NCBI GenBank assembly: GCA_947628415.1
Contig: CANQZU010000001.1
Location: 3,638 to 67,637 of the forward strand
Length of the DNA stretch: 64,000 nucleotides
Direction: 5' to 3'
Origin: an uncultured Clostridia bacterium
GTDB taxonomy: Bacteria > Bacillota > Clostridia > TANB77 > CAG-508
Shown: one piece after another, positions 52,606-62,383 of the stretch
Layout of the letters: the number at the start of each line of letters is the position of its first letter
How positions within the stretch are numbered: the stretch's first letter is position 1
Made by a program: the position numbers and the translations under genes
The notes under the pieces: generated by a model
What the model was told of the DNA's origin: nothing
What the model saw: only the letters and a program-made list of their open reading frames with translations
Database searches by the model: none

Positions 52606-52785
52606 TTGTCTAGTGTTGTTTATCATGTTTTATTTTTAATTATTAGTCTTTTTATTTTGGGAAGAAGCATTGGCTATGGGTTGTATGAAATCCATAACAT
52701 ACAAAATAAATCTGGCGGTATAGTTGTTATTATTTTTTCTATCTTGGCTGTTATTTTCTCTAATATTATGGTATGGATGTATTAA
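52606..52785 (+). CDS. possible 59-aa two-TM membrane peptide after the gerA operon (not in ORF track)
   Basis: AGGAGG RBS 7 nt before the TTG at 52606. Encodes LSSVVYHVLFLIISLFILGRSIGYGLYEIHNIQNKSGGIVVIIFSILAVIFSNIMVWMY. Confidence 0.35.
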   Translation: MSSVVYHVLFLIISLFILGRSIGYGLYEIHNIQNKSGGIVVIIFSILAVIFSNIMVWMY

Positions 52786-52796
52786 AGGACGTTTTT

Positions 52797-54941
52797 TCAA
52801 ACGTCCTTGTTTTTGGCTAATTCAAAATCAATTTCTCTTAATAATTTACTTGCCTTTTTTACTTTAATTTTTACTTTATCACCTATTTTATAGGTAATAT
52901 TGGTTTTTTCTCCAATTAATCTTTTTTTCTTTTCATCATAAATAAAATATTCTTCTCCTAAATCTTCAAATCTAATCAATCCTTCTACTGTATTTTCTAA
53001 TTGTACAAAAACGCCAAAAGAAGTAACAGAAGATATAATACCTTCATATTCTTTTCCTATTTTATTTTCCATATATTCTGCTTTTTTCAAATCTTCGGAT
53101 TCTCTTTCTACTTTCGTTGCTATTTTTTCTCTTTCTGAAGATTGTTTAGCTCTTTCATCTGCTTGCAGTTGATGTTCTTCTATCCAAGTTTTAGAAACAT
53201 CATAATTATTTTCTAAATAATGTGAAATAATTCTATGTATAAATAAGTCTGGATATCTTCTGATAGGAGATGTAAAATGACAATAATATTTACTAGCAAT
53301 TCCGAAATGTCCTTTGTTTTCCTGTTCATATCTTGCTACTTTTAAAGTTCTTAATACTAAATTAGATATGACCTTTTCTTCTTCTTTTCCTTTGATTTCT
53401 TCTAAAATTTTAGCAACTTCTTTGGAATAAATATGATTTTCATGATTTGATTTTATTTTTAACCCAAAATTAAATAAAAACTGATTTAATTCTTGTATTT
53501 TTTCTAAATCTGGATCTTCATGTACACGATAAATAAAAGGTGCTTCTAACCAATAAAATTTTTCTGCAACTGTTTCATTGGCTGTTAGCATAAATTGTTC
53601 AATAATTTCATGGGCAAAAGTTGTTTCATATTTTGAAATATTTATTACTTTTCCTTGTGTATCTAATTCAATTTTGCTTTCTGGAATGTCTAAATTTAAA
53701 TATCCTTGTTCCATTCTTTTATTTTTTAGAATTTTGGCTAATTCCTCCATCAGCTTAAATTGTGAAATATATGGTTCATATTTTTTCATGATTTTTGAAT
53801 CATTATTATCTAATATTTTTTGCACATCATTATAGCTCATTCTCTCTGTTACACAAATTATTCCTTTGACGATTTCAGAAGATATAACTTTCCCTTTTTC
53901 ATCTATTTGCATAATACAAGACAAAGTAAATCTGTCTTCTCCTGCATTTAGACTACAAATTCCATTAGATAATTCTCTTGGAAGCATAGGAATAACTCTA
54001 CCTAACATATAAATACTCGTTCCTCTTAAAAGTGCTTCTTTATCCAGTAACGTATTTTCTCGTACATAATAACTAACATCAGCAATATGAACTTCTAATT
54101 GATAATTTCCGTTTTCTAATTTTTCTACTCTTACGGCATCATCTAAATCTTTGGCATCTTCTCCATCAATAGTAAATATTTCTTTTTTTCTAAAATCTTT
54201 TCGATTAGGAATATCTTTTTTATCTACTTTGTTTTCAAACTTTTTAGCTTCTTGTACCACTTGTTCTGGGAAAGTAGATGGTAAGTTATATTCTTTAATA
54301 AGAGATAACATATCTACTCCTGCTTGATTTACATCTCCTAATACTTCTATTATTTTTCCTTCTGCTTTTTTCCCTTTTTGTGGATAGTTTGTTATTTTAA
54401 CTAATACTTTATGATTGTTTCTTGCTTTACCTCTATTCTTTTTAGCAATATAAATATCTGTTCCAAAATTCTTATCATCTGGTACAACAAATCCAAAGTT
54501 TTGATTATTTTGAAAAATACCAACGATTGTATCTTTTTTATGTTTTAGAACTTTAATCACTTTTCCTTCTGCATTTTTTACTTTATTGGCTTCTTCTATA
54601 ATTTCAATTAATACACAATCTCCATTTAAAGCATTTTGTGAATTTTCTTTGGCAATATAAATTTCTTCTTCTTGTTCTTCAATCTTAACAAATCCAAATC
54701 CTTTTTGATTTTTTCTATAAATTCCAGTATAATACGTTTTTTCTATCAATTTATATCGATTTTTTCTATTCTTTTGTATTTTTAAATTTAATTCTAGATT
54801 ACCAAGTACTTCTAAAAAATCTCGATATTCATTTTTAGGAACTCGCATAATCATTGCCATTTCTTTTGCTTTCATTGGCACGTAATCTTTATCTTTCATT
54901 AGCTCTAAAACTTTTAGCTCTTGTTTTTCTGTTGCATTCAT
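52797..54941 (-). CDS. rnr: ribonuclease R (track ORF extends to 55004)
   Basis: Cold-shock-like OB domains, RNB domain (IDGEDAKDLDDAV), C-terminal S1 domain. GGGAGAG RBS 7 nt before the ATG at 54941. Confidence 0.9.
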   Translation of the reverse strand: MNATEKQELKVLELMKDKDYVPMKAKEMAMIMRVPKNEYRDFLEVLGNLELNLKIQKNRKNRYKLIEKTYYTGIYRKNQKGFGFVKIEEQEEEIYIAKENSQNALNGDCVLIEIIEEANKVKNAEGKVIKVLKHKKDTIVGIFQNNQNFGFVVPDDKNFGTDIYIAKKNRGKARNNHKVLVKITNYPQKGKKAEGKIIEVLGDVNQAGVDMLSLIKEYNLPSTFPEQVVQEAKKFENKVDKKDIPNRKDFRKKEIFTIDGEDAKDLDDAVRVEKLENGNYQLEVHIADVSYYVRENTLLDKEALLRGTSIYMLGRVIPMLPRELSNGICSLNAGEDRFTLSCIMQIDEKGKVISSEIVKGIICVTERMSYNDVQKILDNNDSKIMKKYEPYISQFKLMEELAKILKNKRMEQGYLNLDIPESKIELDTQGKVINISKYETTFAHEIIEQFMLTANETVAEKFYWLEAPFIYRVHEDPDLEKIQELNQFLFNFGLKIKSNHENHIYSKEVAKILEEIKGKEEEKVISNLVLRTLKVARYEQENKGHFGIASKYYCHFTSPIRRYPDLFIHRIISHYLENNYDVSKTWIEEHQLQADERAKQSSEREKIATKVERESEDLKKAEYMENKIGKEYEGIISSVTSFGVFVQLENTVEGLIRFEDLGEEYFIYDEKKKRLIGEKTNITYKIGDKVKIKVKKASKLLREIDFELAKNKDV

Positions 54942-55002
54942 TTCTATTCTCTCCCTTATGAAAAATATTTGATTTTTCTTATCTCTTTGTTGTTTTTCCT
55001 TC

Positions 55003-55031
55003 AAAAAAAGCGATTTTTATACAAAAATCGC
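55003..55031 (-). terminator. intrinsic terminator after secG
   Basis: 9-bp stem gcgattttt / aaaaatcgc with a 7-nt U-run on the minus strand. Confidence 0.6.
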
Positions 55032-55044
55032 CTTTTATCTTGTT

Positions 55045-55293
55045 TTATGCCATATATACAATACCTAATGCTATTGTTAGAATAGCAAATACTACTGCTA
55101 ATATAATGGTCCATTTTTTTTGTCTTCCTTCTTTGGTTCTTCCTTTGTTTTTTTCAAAGAAATTATTAGTTGATGATCCCGTTATTGTAGAAGATAACCC
55201 TGCATCTTCCTTGGTTTGTATTAGTGTTAAAATAATTAATACAATAGCTACTATAAAGTAAATGACAATTAATATTCCTTTTGCTATTTCCAT
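55045..55293 (-). CDS. secG: preprotein translocase subunit SecG
   Basis: 82 aa, two TMs, LIILTLIQTKEDAGLS motif; typical secG-rnr linkage. Confidence 0.85.
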   Translation of the reverse strand: MEIAKGILIVIYFIVAIVLIILTLIQTKEDAGLSSTITGSSTNNFFEKNKGRTKEGRQKKWTIILAVVFAILTIALGIVYMA

Positions 55294-55399
55294 TTATCTT
55301 CCTCCCTAGATTTTCGCTTTTAATACTTGGTATTGTAACACAAATTTTTCCAAAATGCAAATACTTTTTAAAATTTTCGGAAATTTTTAGTGTAACAAA

Positions 55400-56125
55400 T
55401 TATTGCTGTTTTAAGATACACCATGTCCCTATTGGCTCTGGCAAATCTTGAAATGTCATTTTTTCTTTTGTAATAGGATGTTCTATGGTTAACTCATAAG
55501 CCCATAATGCAATTTGTTTTCCTTGTCCTCTTGTTCCATATTTTTGGTCACCAAAAATACTATGACCAAAATTGGCTAATTGTACTCTTATTTGATGGTG
55601 TCTTCCTGTATGTAAATTAATTTCTAATAAACTTAAATTTTTAACTTCATTGTATTTCAAAACTTGATAATCTAGTTTTGCTAATTTGGCATTTTTTTTG
55701 TTTGGACTAACAACTCTACTTTTATTTAGTTTTTCTTCCTTGTATAAATAATCTTCTAGAGTTCCTTTCTTTAGTTCTATTTTCCCATCTACTACTGCCA
55801 AATACTTTTTCTTAAAAATCTTTTCTCGTACTTGATTACTTAATCTTGATGCCGCCTTAGAAGTTTTTGCAAAAACCATAACGCCACCAACTGGTCTATC
55901 TAGTCGATGTACTAATCCTAAATATACATTCCCTTGCTTATGATAAGTATCTTTGATATATTGTTTTATAATTTTTAACATATCGATATCTTCTGTCTTA
56001 TCTGCTTGTGATGGAATATTAGGCTGTTTTTCTACTACTATAATATGATTGTCTTCAAATAATATTTTTAATTCTTGCAATTTGTTTCTCCTTCTATTCT
56101 TTTTCCCATCTTCCATAAATACCAC
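55400..56125 (-). CDS. RluA-family pseudouridine synthase (start uncertain; overlaps upstream gene)
   Basis: Catalytic HRLDRPVGGVMVFAKT motif and GRHHQIRVQ. Confidence 0.85.
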   Translation of the reverse strand: MVFMEDGKKNRRRNKLQELKILFEDNHIIVVEKQPNIPSQADKTEDIDMLKIIKQYIKDTYHKQGNVYLGLVHRLDRPVGGVMVFAKTSKAASRLSNQVREKIFKKKYLAVVDGKIELKKGTLEDYLYKEEKLNKSRVVSPNKKNAKLAKLDYQVLKYNEVKNLSLLEINLHTGRHHQIRVQLANFGHSIFGDQKYGTRGQGKQIALWAYELTIEHPITKEKMTFQDLPEPIGTWCILKQQ

Positions 56126-56960
56126 ATGGTAATACTAATTTAGAATTCTCCATAGGAAGTCCTATTTCACCACAAGTTAATTTGCCTTTAATCTTTTTAT
56201 CTACCGTTACACTTAAAATATTTTGCAATACACTACTAGAAATTCCTGTTGTATAAGAATTTATTAAAAAGAATAAAGGATTTTTGGATAATAATTTAGT
56301 ACATAGTTGTACTAAGTTATAGATGTTCTCTTCAAATTGCCAAACCTCTCCTTTAGCTCCTCTTCCATAAGATGGTGGATCCATAATAATCGCATCATAT
56401 TCATTTTGTCTCCTGATTTCTCGATTTACAAATTTTATAACATCATCTACAATAAATCTAACTTTCTTTTCTTGTAACTTGGATGAAATAACATTTTCTT
56501 TTGCCCAACTTGTCATTCCTTTTGAACTATCAACGTGGCATACAGAAGCTCCCGCTGATAAACAACTAATCGTTGCTCCTCCCGTGTAAGCAAATAAATT
56601 TAATACCTTAATTTCTCTTTTTTCTGATTTGATTTTATCTATCATCCAATCCCAATTAACAGCTTGTTCTGGAAATAATCCCGTGTGTTTAAATCCCATT
56701 GGCTTTATATTAAATGTTAAATTCTTATAATGGATTTGCCAACTGTTTGGTATTTTCTTTTTTGACTCCCATCCGCCTCCACCAGTTTTGCTTCGATTAT
56801 AAATAGCATCTGCTCTTTTCCATTTATCTGGAAAACTTTTATCTTTCCATATAATTTGTGGATCTGGTCGTACTAGAACAATATCTCCCCATTTTTCTAA
56901 CTTCTTACCATCAGCCATATCTAATATTTTATATTCTTTCCATTCATTTGCTAATTTCAT
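56094..56960 (-). CDS. class I SAM-dependent methyltransferase (RlmI/YwbD-like)
   Basis: VLNLFAYTGGAT (SAM motif I) and IIMDPPSYGRG (motif IV). Confidence 0.8.
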   Translation of the reverse strand: MKLANEWKEYKILDMADGKKLEKWGDIVLVRPDPQIIWKDKSFPDKWKRADAIYNRSKTGGGGWESKKKIPNSWQIHYKNLTFNIKPMGFKHTGLFPEQAVNWDWMIDKIKSEKREIKVLNLFAYTGGATISCLSAGASVCHVDSSKGMTSWAKENVISSKLQEKKVRFIVDDVIKFVNREIRRQNEYDAIIMDPPSYGRGAKGEVWQFEENIYNLVQLCTKLLSKNPLFFLINSYTTGISSSVLQNILSVTVDKKIKGKLTCGEIGLPMENSKLVLPCGIYGRWEKE

Positions 56961-57046
56961 ACTTTTTAGTAATTAAAAAACTACTATTCCTCCTTTTATT
57001 TGAATAGTAGTATTATACCATATTTTATTACTTTTTCCAAGCATAT

Positions 57047-57262
57047 TTATAAGTTTTGTAGAATTTTCATAAAACTATATATCATAACTATATTAATTAT
57101 AGAAAACATAAAAAAAGTAATAATAACAGTAGTTAGTAATTTGTGTTCTTTTATCTTTTTATAGCACCTACTTGTCCAATTTTCTTTCAGCCTTTCTAAT
57201 CGATTTAGTTTTGTATTATAGGTAACTTGAAAAATTTCATCTTTTGCATATTCCATATACAT
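57047..57262 (-). CDS. hypothetical small membrane protein
   Basis: 71-aa ORF with one TM (LLTTVIITFFMFSIINIVMIY), followed by the hairpin actactattc / gaatagtagt. Confidence 0.35.
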   Translation of the reverse strand: MYMEYAKDEIFQVTYNTKLNRLERLKENWTSRCYKKIKEHKLLTTVIITFFMFSIINIVMIYSFMKILQNL

Positions 57263-57353
57263 TACTTCCCCCTTTGTATTGTTTTCTTTGTATATATATG
57301 TAAGACATTTTCAAAATATTCCTAAAATTTTATATTTGATTAATTTTTTTGTG

Positions 57354-59135
57354 CTATATTTTTTTTATGTTTTCTGCTATTTTTTTTGTAATTCCTTTTA
57401 CTTGCATTAATTCTTCTATCGTAGCATTTTTAATTTTTTTTACACTTCCAAAATGTTTTAAAAGTGCTTTCTTTTTTACTTCTCCAATTCCTTCTATTTC
57501 ATCTAATTCAGATTTGGTAATTTGCCTATCTCTTAATTTTCTATGATACGTAATTGCTGTGTCATGTACAGTATCTTGGAATCTTGTGATAAGATTCATG
57601 AGATTTTGTGAAATTTCTAATTCTTGTTTCTTATCATTCATTAAAGCTCTTGTTTGGTGTTTATCATTTTTAACCATACCAAATACAGGTATCGTTAACT
57701 TATATTTTTCAATTGCCTTTTGTGCAGCTCTTATTTGTGTAATTCCTCCATCTGCAAAAATAGCATCTGGAAGTTTTCCAAATCCACCATTTGGATTTTC
57801 TATGGAATGTTTTAATCTTCTAGTGATGACTTCTTCCATGCATCTTGGATCATCTTGACCAAATACAGTTTTGATTTTGAATCTTCTTGATAAATTTTTT
57901 TTAATTTCTCCATCTTGCATAACACACATACCAGCTACCATATATTCTCCTGAAATGTTTGATATATCATAAGTTTCAATTTTTCTTGGTAATTTATCTA
58001 AATTTAAAACTGTTTTTAGCTCCATTAATATTTCACTTTTGTCTTTTTCTTTATTTTCTAATGTTACTTTTGCGTTATTTTCTGCCATTTCTACAAAACG
58101 TAACTTTTCTCCTTTTTTAGGTGTCTTGATTTCCACTTTTTTTTCTAACAAAGTGGATAACCATTTTTCGATAGCCTCTTTATCTTCTATTTCTTCTCTT
58201 ATCATAATTTTATTAGGAATATTTGGATTATCTAAATAATATTGCTTAATAAAACCTGATAAAATTTCTGAATTTTCCATATCCTTTAAATCTGTATAAA
58301 AATAATGTTCTCTTCCAATCATTTTACTGTTTCTTACAAAGAAAATTTCAATACAAACTTGCAGTTCTGATTTAGCAATTCCAATCACATCAATATTGTT
58401 TTCTGATAAATTGGACACTTTTTGTCTTTCCGACACTCTTTCTATGGCTTGTATTTTATCTCTTATATAAGCTGCTTTTTCAAAGTCTAGATTATATGAT
58501 GCCTCTTTCATTTGTGTTTCTAATTCTTTTACTAATTTATCTGTTTTTCCTTCAAGTAAATCGATAATTTCCTCTATTTGTTTTCTATATTCTTCTTTGG
58601 TAATATATCCCATACAAGGTGCAAAACATTTATGAATGTGATAATTTAAGCAGGGTCTTGTTCTTTCTTTTAATGTTCTACACTGGCGAATTTTATATTT
58701 TTCTTTGATGAAATTTACCATTTCTTTAGCGCTTCCAGGATTTGCATATGGTCCAAAATATTTGGAACCATCTTTTATTATTCTTCTCGTTATATAAATT
58801 CCTGGATAGTCAGATGATAAATCTATTTTGATATATGGATATGTTTTGTCATCTTTTAATAAGACATTAAATTTGGGTCTATTTTTTTTAATCAAATTAC
58901 ACTCCAAAATTAATGCCTCTGCCTCATTATCTACTACAATGTATTCAAAATGGTCAATTAAACTTACCATTTTTTGAATTCTTGCAGTTTTATCATTTTT
59001 TCTAAAATATTGCCTTACTCTATTTTTTAGAGAAATTGCTTTTCCTACGTAGATAATGTGATTTTCTCTATCCCTCATTACATATACACCTGGTTTATTA
59101 GGCAATTTTTTTAATTCTTCTTCTATGTTAAACAT
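57354..59135 (-). CDS. uvrC: excinuclease ABC subunit C
   Basis: GIY-YIG (PGVYVMRDRENHIIYVGKA), UVR domain, C-terminal (HhH)2. Confidence 0.95.
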   Translation of the reverse strand: MFNIEEELKKLPNKPGVYVMRDRENHIIYVGKAISLKNRVRQYFRKNDKTARIQKMVSLIDHFEYIVVDNEAEALILECNLIKKNRPKFNVLLKDDKTYPYIKIDLSSDYPGIYITRRIIKDGSKYFGPYANPGSAKEMVNFIKEKYKIRQCRTLKERTRPCLNYHIHKCFAPCMGYITKEEYRKQIEEIIDLLEGKTDKLVKELETQMKEASYNLDFEKAAYIRDKIQAIERVSERQKVSNLSENNIDVIGIAKSELQVCIEIFFVRNSKMIGREHYFYTDLKDMENSEILSGFIKQYYLDNPNIPNKIMIREEIEDKEAIEKWLSTLLEKKVEIKTPKKGEKLRFVEMAENNAKVTLENKEKDKSEILMELKTVLNLDKLPRKIETYDISNISGEYMVAGMCVMQDGEIKKNLSRRFKIKTVFGQDDPRCMEEVITRRLKHSIENPNGGFGKLPDAIFADGGITQIRAAQKAIEKYKLTIPVFGMVKNDKHQTRALMNDKKQELEISQNLMNLITRFQDTVHDTAITYHRKLRDRQITKSELDEIEGIGEVKKKALLKHFGSVKKIKNATIEELMQVKGITKKIAENIKKI

Positions 59136-59147
59136 AGTTTGCTCCTT

Positions 59148-59660
59148 TTATTCGATATAACCGATATAAGGTAAATTTCTGTACTTTTCATTATAGTCTA
59201 GTCCATATCCTACTACAAATTTATCTTCAATAGAAAATCCAACGTATTCTACTGCTAATTCTACTACTCTTCTAGAAGGTTTTGATAACATTGTTGCTAT
59301 TTTTATACTATTAGGATTTTTTTGTTTTAAATATTCTAAAAGATAAGTTAATGTTCTTCCTGTATCTATAATATCTTCAACAATAATTACATCTTTTCCT
59401 TCAATAGAATCTCTTATATCTTTATTAATTTTTATTTTTCCCGTACTCTCTGTTCCTTCATAACTAGATACATCCATAAAATCTAGTAAAACATCATTTT
59501 TTATGTTTTTAGCTAATTGTGTCATGAACATAATAGATCCTTTTAAAATTCCTATTAATACAACTTCTTTTCCATCGTAATCTTTCTCAATTTGTTTGGC
59601 TAATTCTTCAATTCTTTTTTCTAATTTAGCTTTGTTAATTAATGTGTATATTTCTTTCAT
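59148..59660 (-). CDS. hpt: hypoxanthine phosphoribosyltransferase
   Basis: PRPP-binding motif VIIVEDIIDTGRTL. Confidence 0.9.
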   Translation of the reverse strand: MKEIYTLINKAKLEKRIEELAKQIEKDYDGKEVVLIGILKGSIMFMTQLAKNIKNDVLLDFMDVSSYEGTESTGKIKINKDIRDSIEGKDVIIVEDIIDTGRTLTYLLEYLKQKNPNSIKIATMLSKPSRRVVELAVEYVGFSIEDKFVVGYGLDYNEKYRNLPYIGYIE

Positions 59661-59769
59661 TTTTTATTCCCCTTTTTCTTTATTTTCTTGATTATACTAG
59701 ATTTTGTAGATTTTTTCAATATTTTTTATGTTTTTTACAAAGCTTTCTATATAAATTTTTGCATAAAAC

Positions 59770-59798
59770 TTGACAAATTAGGAAATACTGTGTAAAAT
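59770..59798 (+). promoter_or_regulatory. sigma-A type promoter of the aspS leader
   Basis: TTGACA (59770..59775), 17-nt spacer, TAAAAT (59793..59798). Confidence 0.6.
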
Positions 59799-59804
59799 AA
59801 TATT

Positions 59805-60030
59805 TATTAAATATATATTAATTGCGTTTGTACAATGAAAGCATTTTAGAAGTCACTTACCAGAGAATAAGGGTCATCGGCTGAAAATCCTTTAAGGTCA
59901 ACCTAAAATTTGTGAAACACATTGGAGCAAGTAAAAAATAAAGTGGAAAATTATGATATTTTCAAGCTGGGTGGCACCGCGGAAAAGTTTATTTCGTCCC
60001 TGCATGGTAAATGCTAGTGGACGTTTTTTT
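59805..60030 (+). promoter_or_regulatory. T-box leader (tRNA-sensing riboswitch) upstream of aspS
   Basis: Stem I with AGAGA element (ccagagaat). Conserved T-box sequence aagctgggtggcaccgcgg (59964..59982). Terminator stem cgtcc../..ggacg followed by ttttttt (about 59994..60030). Confidence 0.8.
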
Positions 60031-60063
60031 ATGTTTTTGAATTTAATAATAGGAGGTTATAAA

Positions 60064-61812
60064 ATGGAACAATATAAAACACATACTTGTAATGAAATTT
60101 GTTTAGAAGATGTTGGCAAAAAAGTGCGAATTGCAGGATTCGTACAAACTATTCGTGATTTTGGTGGACTTGTATTTTTAGATATTCGAGATATGTATGG
60201 AATTACACAAGTGGTTACTTCTGGCAAGCCAGAAGATGTTGATTTTGCTTCTCATATTCCTTTGGAGTCTTCTGTTAGTGTTTATGGTGAAGTAAAAAGA
60301 AGAGATGAAGAGACCGTTAATCCTAAATTAAAAACAGGATTGGTTGAAATTCGTATTGAAGAAATTAAAATTTTAGGAAAACGAACACAAAACTTACCTT
60401 TTGAAGTTAATTCAGATCAAGAAATCAGAGAAGATTTGAGACTTCAATATCGTTTTTTAGATTTAAGAAATGAAAGATTAAAAAATAATTTAATATTACG
60501 TGCTAAAGTTCTTCAATTTTTAAGAGAGCAAATGATTCAACAAGGTTTTTTAGAGGTACAAACTCCTATTCTAACCAGTTCTTCTCCAGAAGGTGCTAGA
60601 GATTATTTAGTTCCTAGCAGATTACATCCTGGAAAATTTTATGCACTTCCTCAAGCACCTCAACAATTTAAACAATTATTAATGGTTTCTGGAATTGATA
60701 AATATTTTCAAATTGCTCCATGTTTTAGAGATGAAGATGCTAGAGCTGATCGTGCACCTGGAGAGTTTTATCAATTAGATATGGAAATGGCTTATAGTAC
60801 ACAAGAGGATGTTTTTTCAGCAATTGAGCCTGTTATGTATCATACTTTTGAAAAATTTTCTAATAAAAAGATTACAAGTTATCCTTTCCCTAGAATTTCT
60901 TATAAAGATTCTATGCTTAAATATGGTACTGATAAACCAGATTTAAGAAATCCATTATATATTATAGATTTATCTGAATTTTTTAATAAATGTACTTTTA
61001 AACCATTTATTGATAGAACTGTAAGGGCTATTAAAGTAACTGGACATCTTTCAAAAGGATTCCATGAAAAAATGCTTGCTTATGCTACTAGTATTGGAAT
61101 GGGTGGTCTTGGTTATTTAGAAGTCCAAGAAGATTTTAGTTTTAAGGGACCTATTGATAAATTTATCCCAGAAAACTTAAAAAAGGACTTATTACAATTA
61201 GCCAATTTAGAAAAAGGCGATACAATCTTTTTCATTGCTGATAGTGAAAAAAGAGCAACCGAACTTGCTGGTCAAATTCGAACAGAACTTGGTAATCGAT
61301 TAAATTTAATTGATGAAAATGTTTTTGCTTTTGCTTGGATTATTGACTTTCCTATGTTTGAAGAAGATGAACATGGAAAATTAGCTTTTAGTCACAATCC
61401 ATTCTCTATGCCACAGGGTGGTTTGGAAGCTTTAAATAACGAAAATCCTTTAGATATTTTAGCTTATCAGTATGATATTGTATGCAATGGAATAGAACTT
61501 TCTTCTGGTGCTGTTAGAAATCATAATATTGAAATTATGCTAAAAGCATTTACCATGGCAGGTTATACAGAAGATGAAGTAAAATCTAAATTTGGTGCTC
61601 TATATACAGCATTTCAATTTGGTTGTCCTCCACATGCTGGTATTGCACCAGGAATTGATAGAATGCTTATGCTATTAACAAACTCAGATACTATTCGAGA
61701 AGTTATTGCTTTTCCATTAAATAGTAAAGCACAAGATCCTATGATGGGTTCTCCTGGAAATGTTCGTCGTGAACAATTAAGAGATGTTCATATTCAAATT
61801 GATTTAAAATAA
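60064..61812 (+). CDS. aspS: aspartyl-tRNA synthetase (bacterial type)
   Basis: GGAGG RBS then ATG at 60064. Class II motifs (FRDEDARADRAPEF-like PCFRDEDARADRAPGEFYQLD, GIAPGIDRMLM). The track ORF start at 59953 runs through the T-box terminator. Confidence 0.95.
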   Translation: MEQYKTHTCNEICLEDVGKKVRIAGFVQTIRDFGGLVFLDIRDMYGITQVVTSGKPEDVDFASHIPLESSVSVYGEVKRRDEETVNPKLKTGLVEIRIEEIKILGKRTQNLPFEVNSDQEIREDLRLQYRFLDLRNERLKNNLILRAKVLQFLREQMIQQGFLEVQTPILTSSSPEGARDYLVPSRLHPGKFYALPQAPQQFKQLLMVSGIDKYFQIAPCFRDEDARADRAPGEFYQLDMEMAYSTQEDVFSAIEPVMYHTFEKFSNKKITSYPFPRISYKDSMLKYGTDKPDLRNPLYIIDLSEFFNKCTFKPFIDRTVRAIKVTGHLSKGFHEKMLAYATSIGMGGLGYLEVQEDFSFKGPIDKFIPENLKKDLLQLANLEKGDTIFFIADSEKRATELAGQIRTELGNRLNLIDENVFAFAWIIDFPMFEEDEHGKLAFSHNPFSMPQGGLEALNNENPLDILAYQYDIVCNGIELSSGAVRNHNIEIMLKAFTMAGYTEDEVKSKFGALYTAFQFGCPPHAGIAPGIDRMLMLLTNSDTIREVIAFPLNSKAQDPMMGSPGNVRREQLRDVHIQIDLK

Positions 61813-61823
61813 CAATAAATAAG

Positions 61824-61859
61824 AGACGGTTCTAATTATAAAATAAACCGTCTTTTTTT
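61824..61859. terminator. bidirectional intrinsic terminator (aspS / ibrB-like)
   Basis: 8-bp stem agacggtt / aaccgtct followed by a T-run. Confidence 0.7.
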
Positions 61860-62383
61860 AGTGTTGTTTTTTTCTATTTTCTTCAAATTCTTCCCATGAT
61901 TTACTAAATACATGATTTGCAAACATTTCCTTTAATCCAGTAATCTGTTTTAATCTGATAATCTCATCTAAATCCATTCCCAAATGCTCTGATATTTCTT
62001 TTTCTGTCCATCCGCTTTTCTGTTAATGTTAGTACTATGTGTGACATATCAATAATTTGATGAGTTCCTCTTGCACGATTATGTCGTATTGTACTTGCCA
62101 TTCTATTTTCTAAATCTTTATCAATTGTAACAATTGGAATTTGCTTTAAATTAAAATATTCTTTAGCACATCTATAACGGTGAAATCCATCTACTACAAT
62201 ATATTTATCTCTTTCTTTATCATAATATGTTACAATTGGTTGGGTATATCCATCTTCTTCTATAGAATGTTTTAATAATTGCATTTCTGGAGGTGCTACC
62301 TTATTAGGGTTGTAATCATTTGCCTCTACCTTATCTATATCTACCATTTTTACATTTAGTACTGGAAAATCTATTTCACTCAT
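61858..62383 (-). CDS. ParB/sulfiredoxin-like nuclease-domain protein (IbrB-like); needs +1 shift at in-frame CGG 62014..62012
   Basis: ParB-like core (VEANDYNPNKV, VVDGFHRY, IRHNRARG). The track ORF ends ..LTEKRMDRKRNIRAFGNGFR*. AAG-CGG-A read as K-G gives ..LTEKGWTEKEISEHLGMDLDEIIRLKQITGLKEMFANHVFSKSWEEFEENRKKQH*, an HTH-like tail. Confidence 0.75.

Noticed and set aside
59700-60060. Possible tRNA or small RNA gene in the hpt-aspS spacer
   Set aside because: The structured region is fully explained by a T-box leader (AGAGA element, T-box motif, terminator). No cloverleaf with a proper acceptor or T-arm was found by eye.
59953-60063. N-terminal extension of aspS (track start 59953)
   Set aside because: The extension runs through the conserved T-box sequence and its terminator. 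The canonical AspRS N-terminus and a GGAGG RBS are at 60064.
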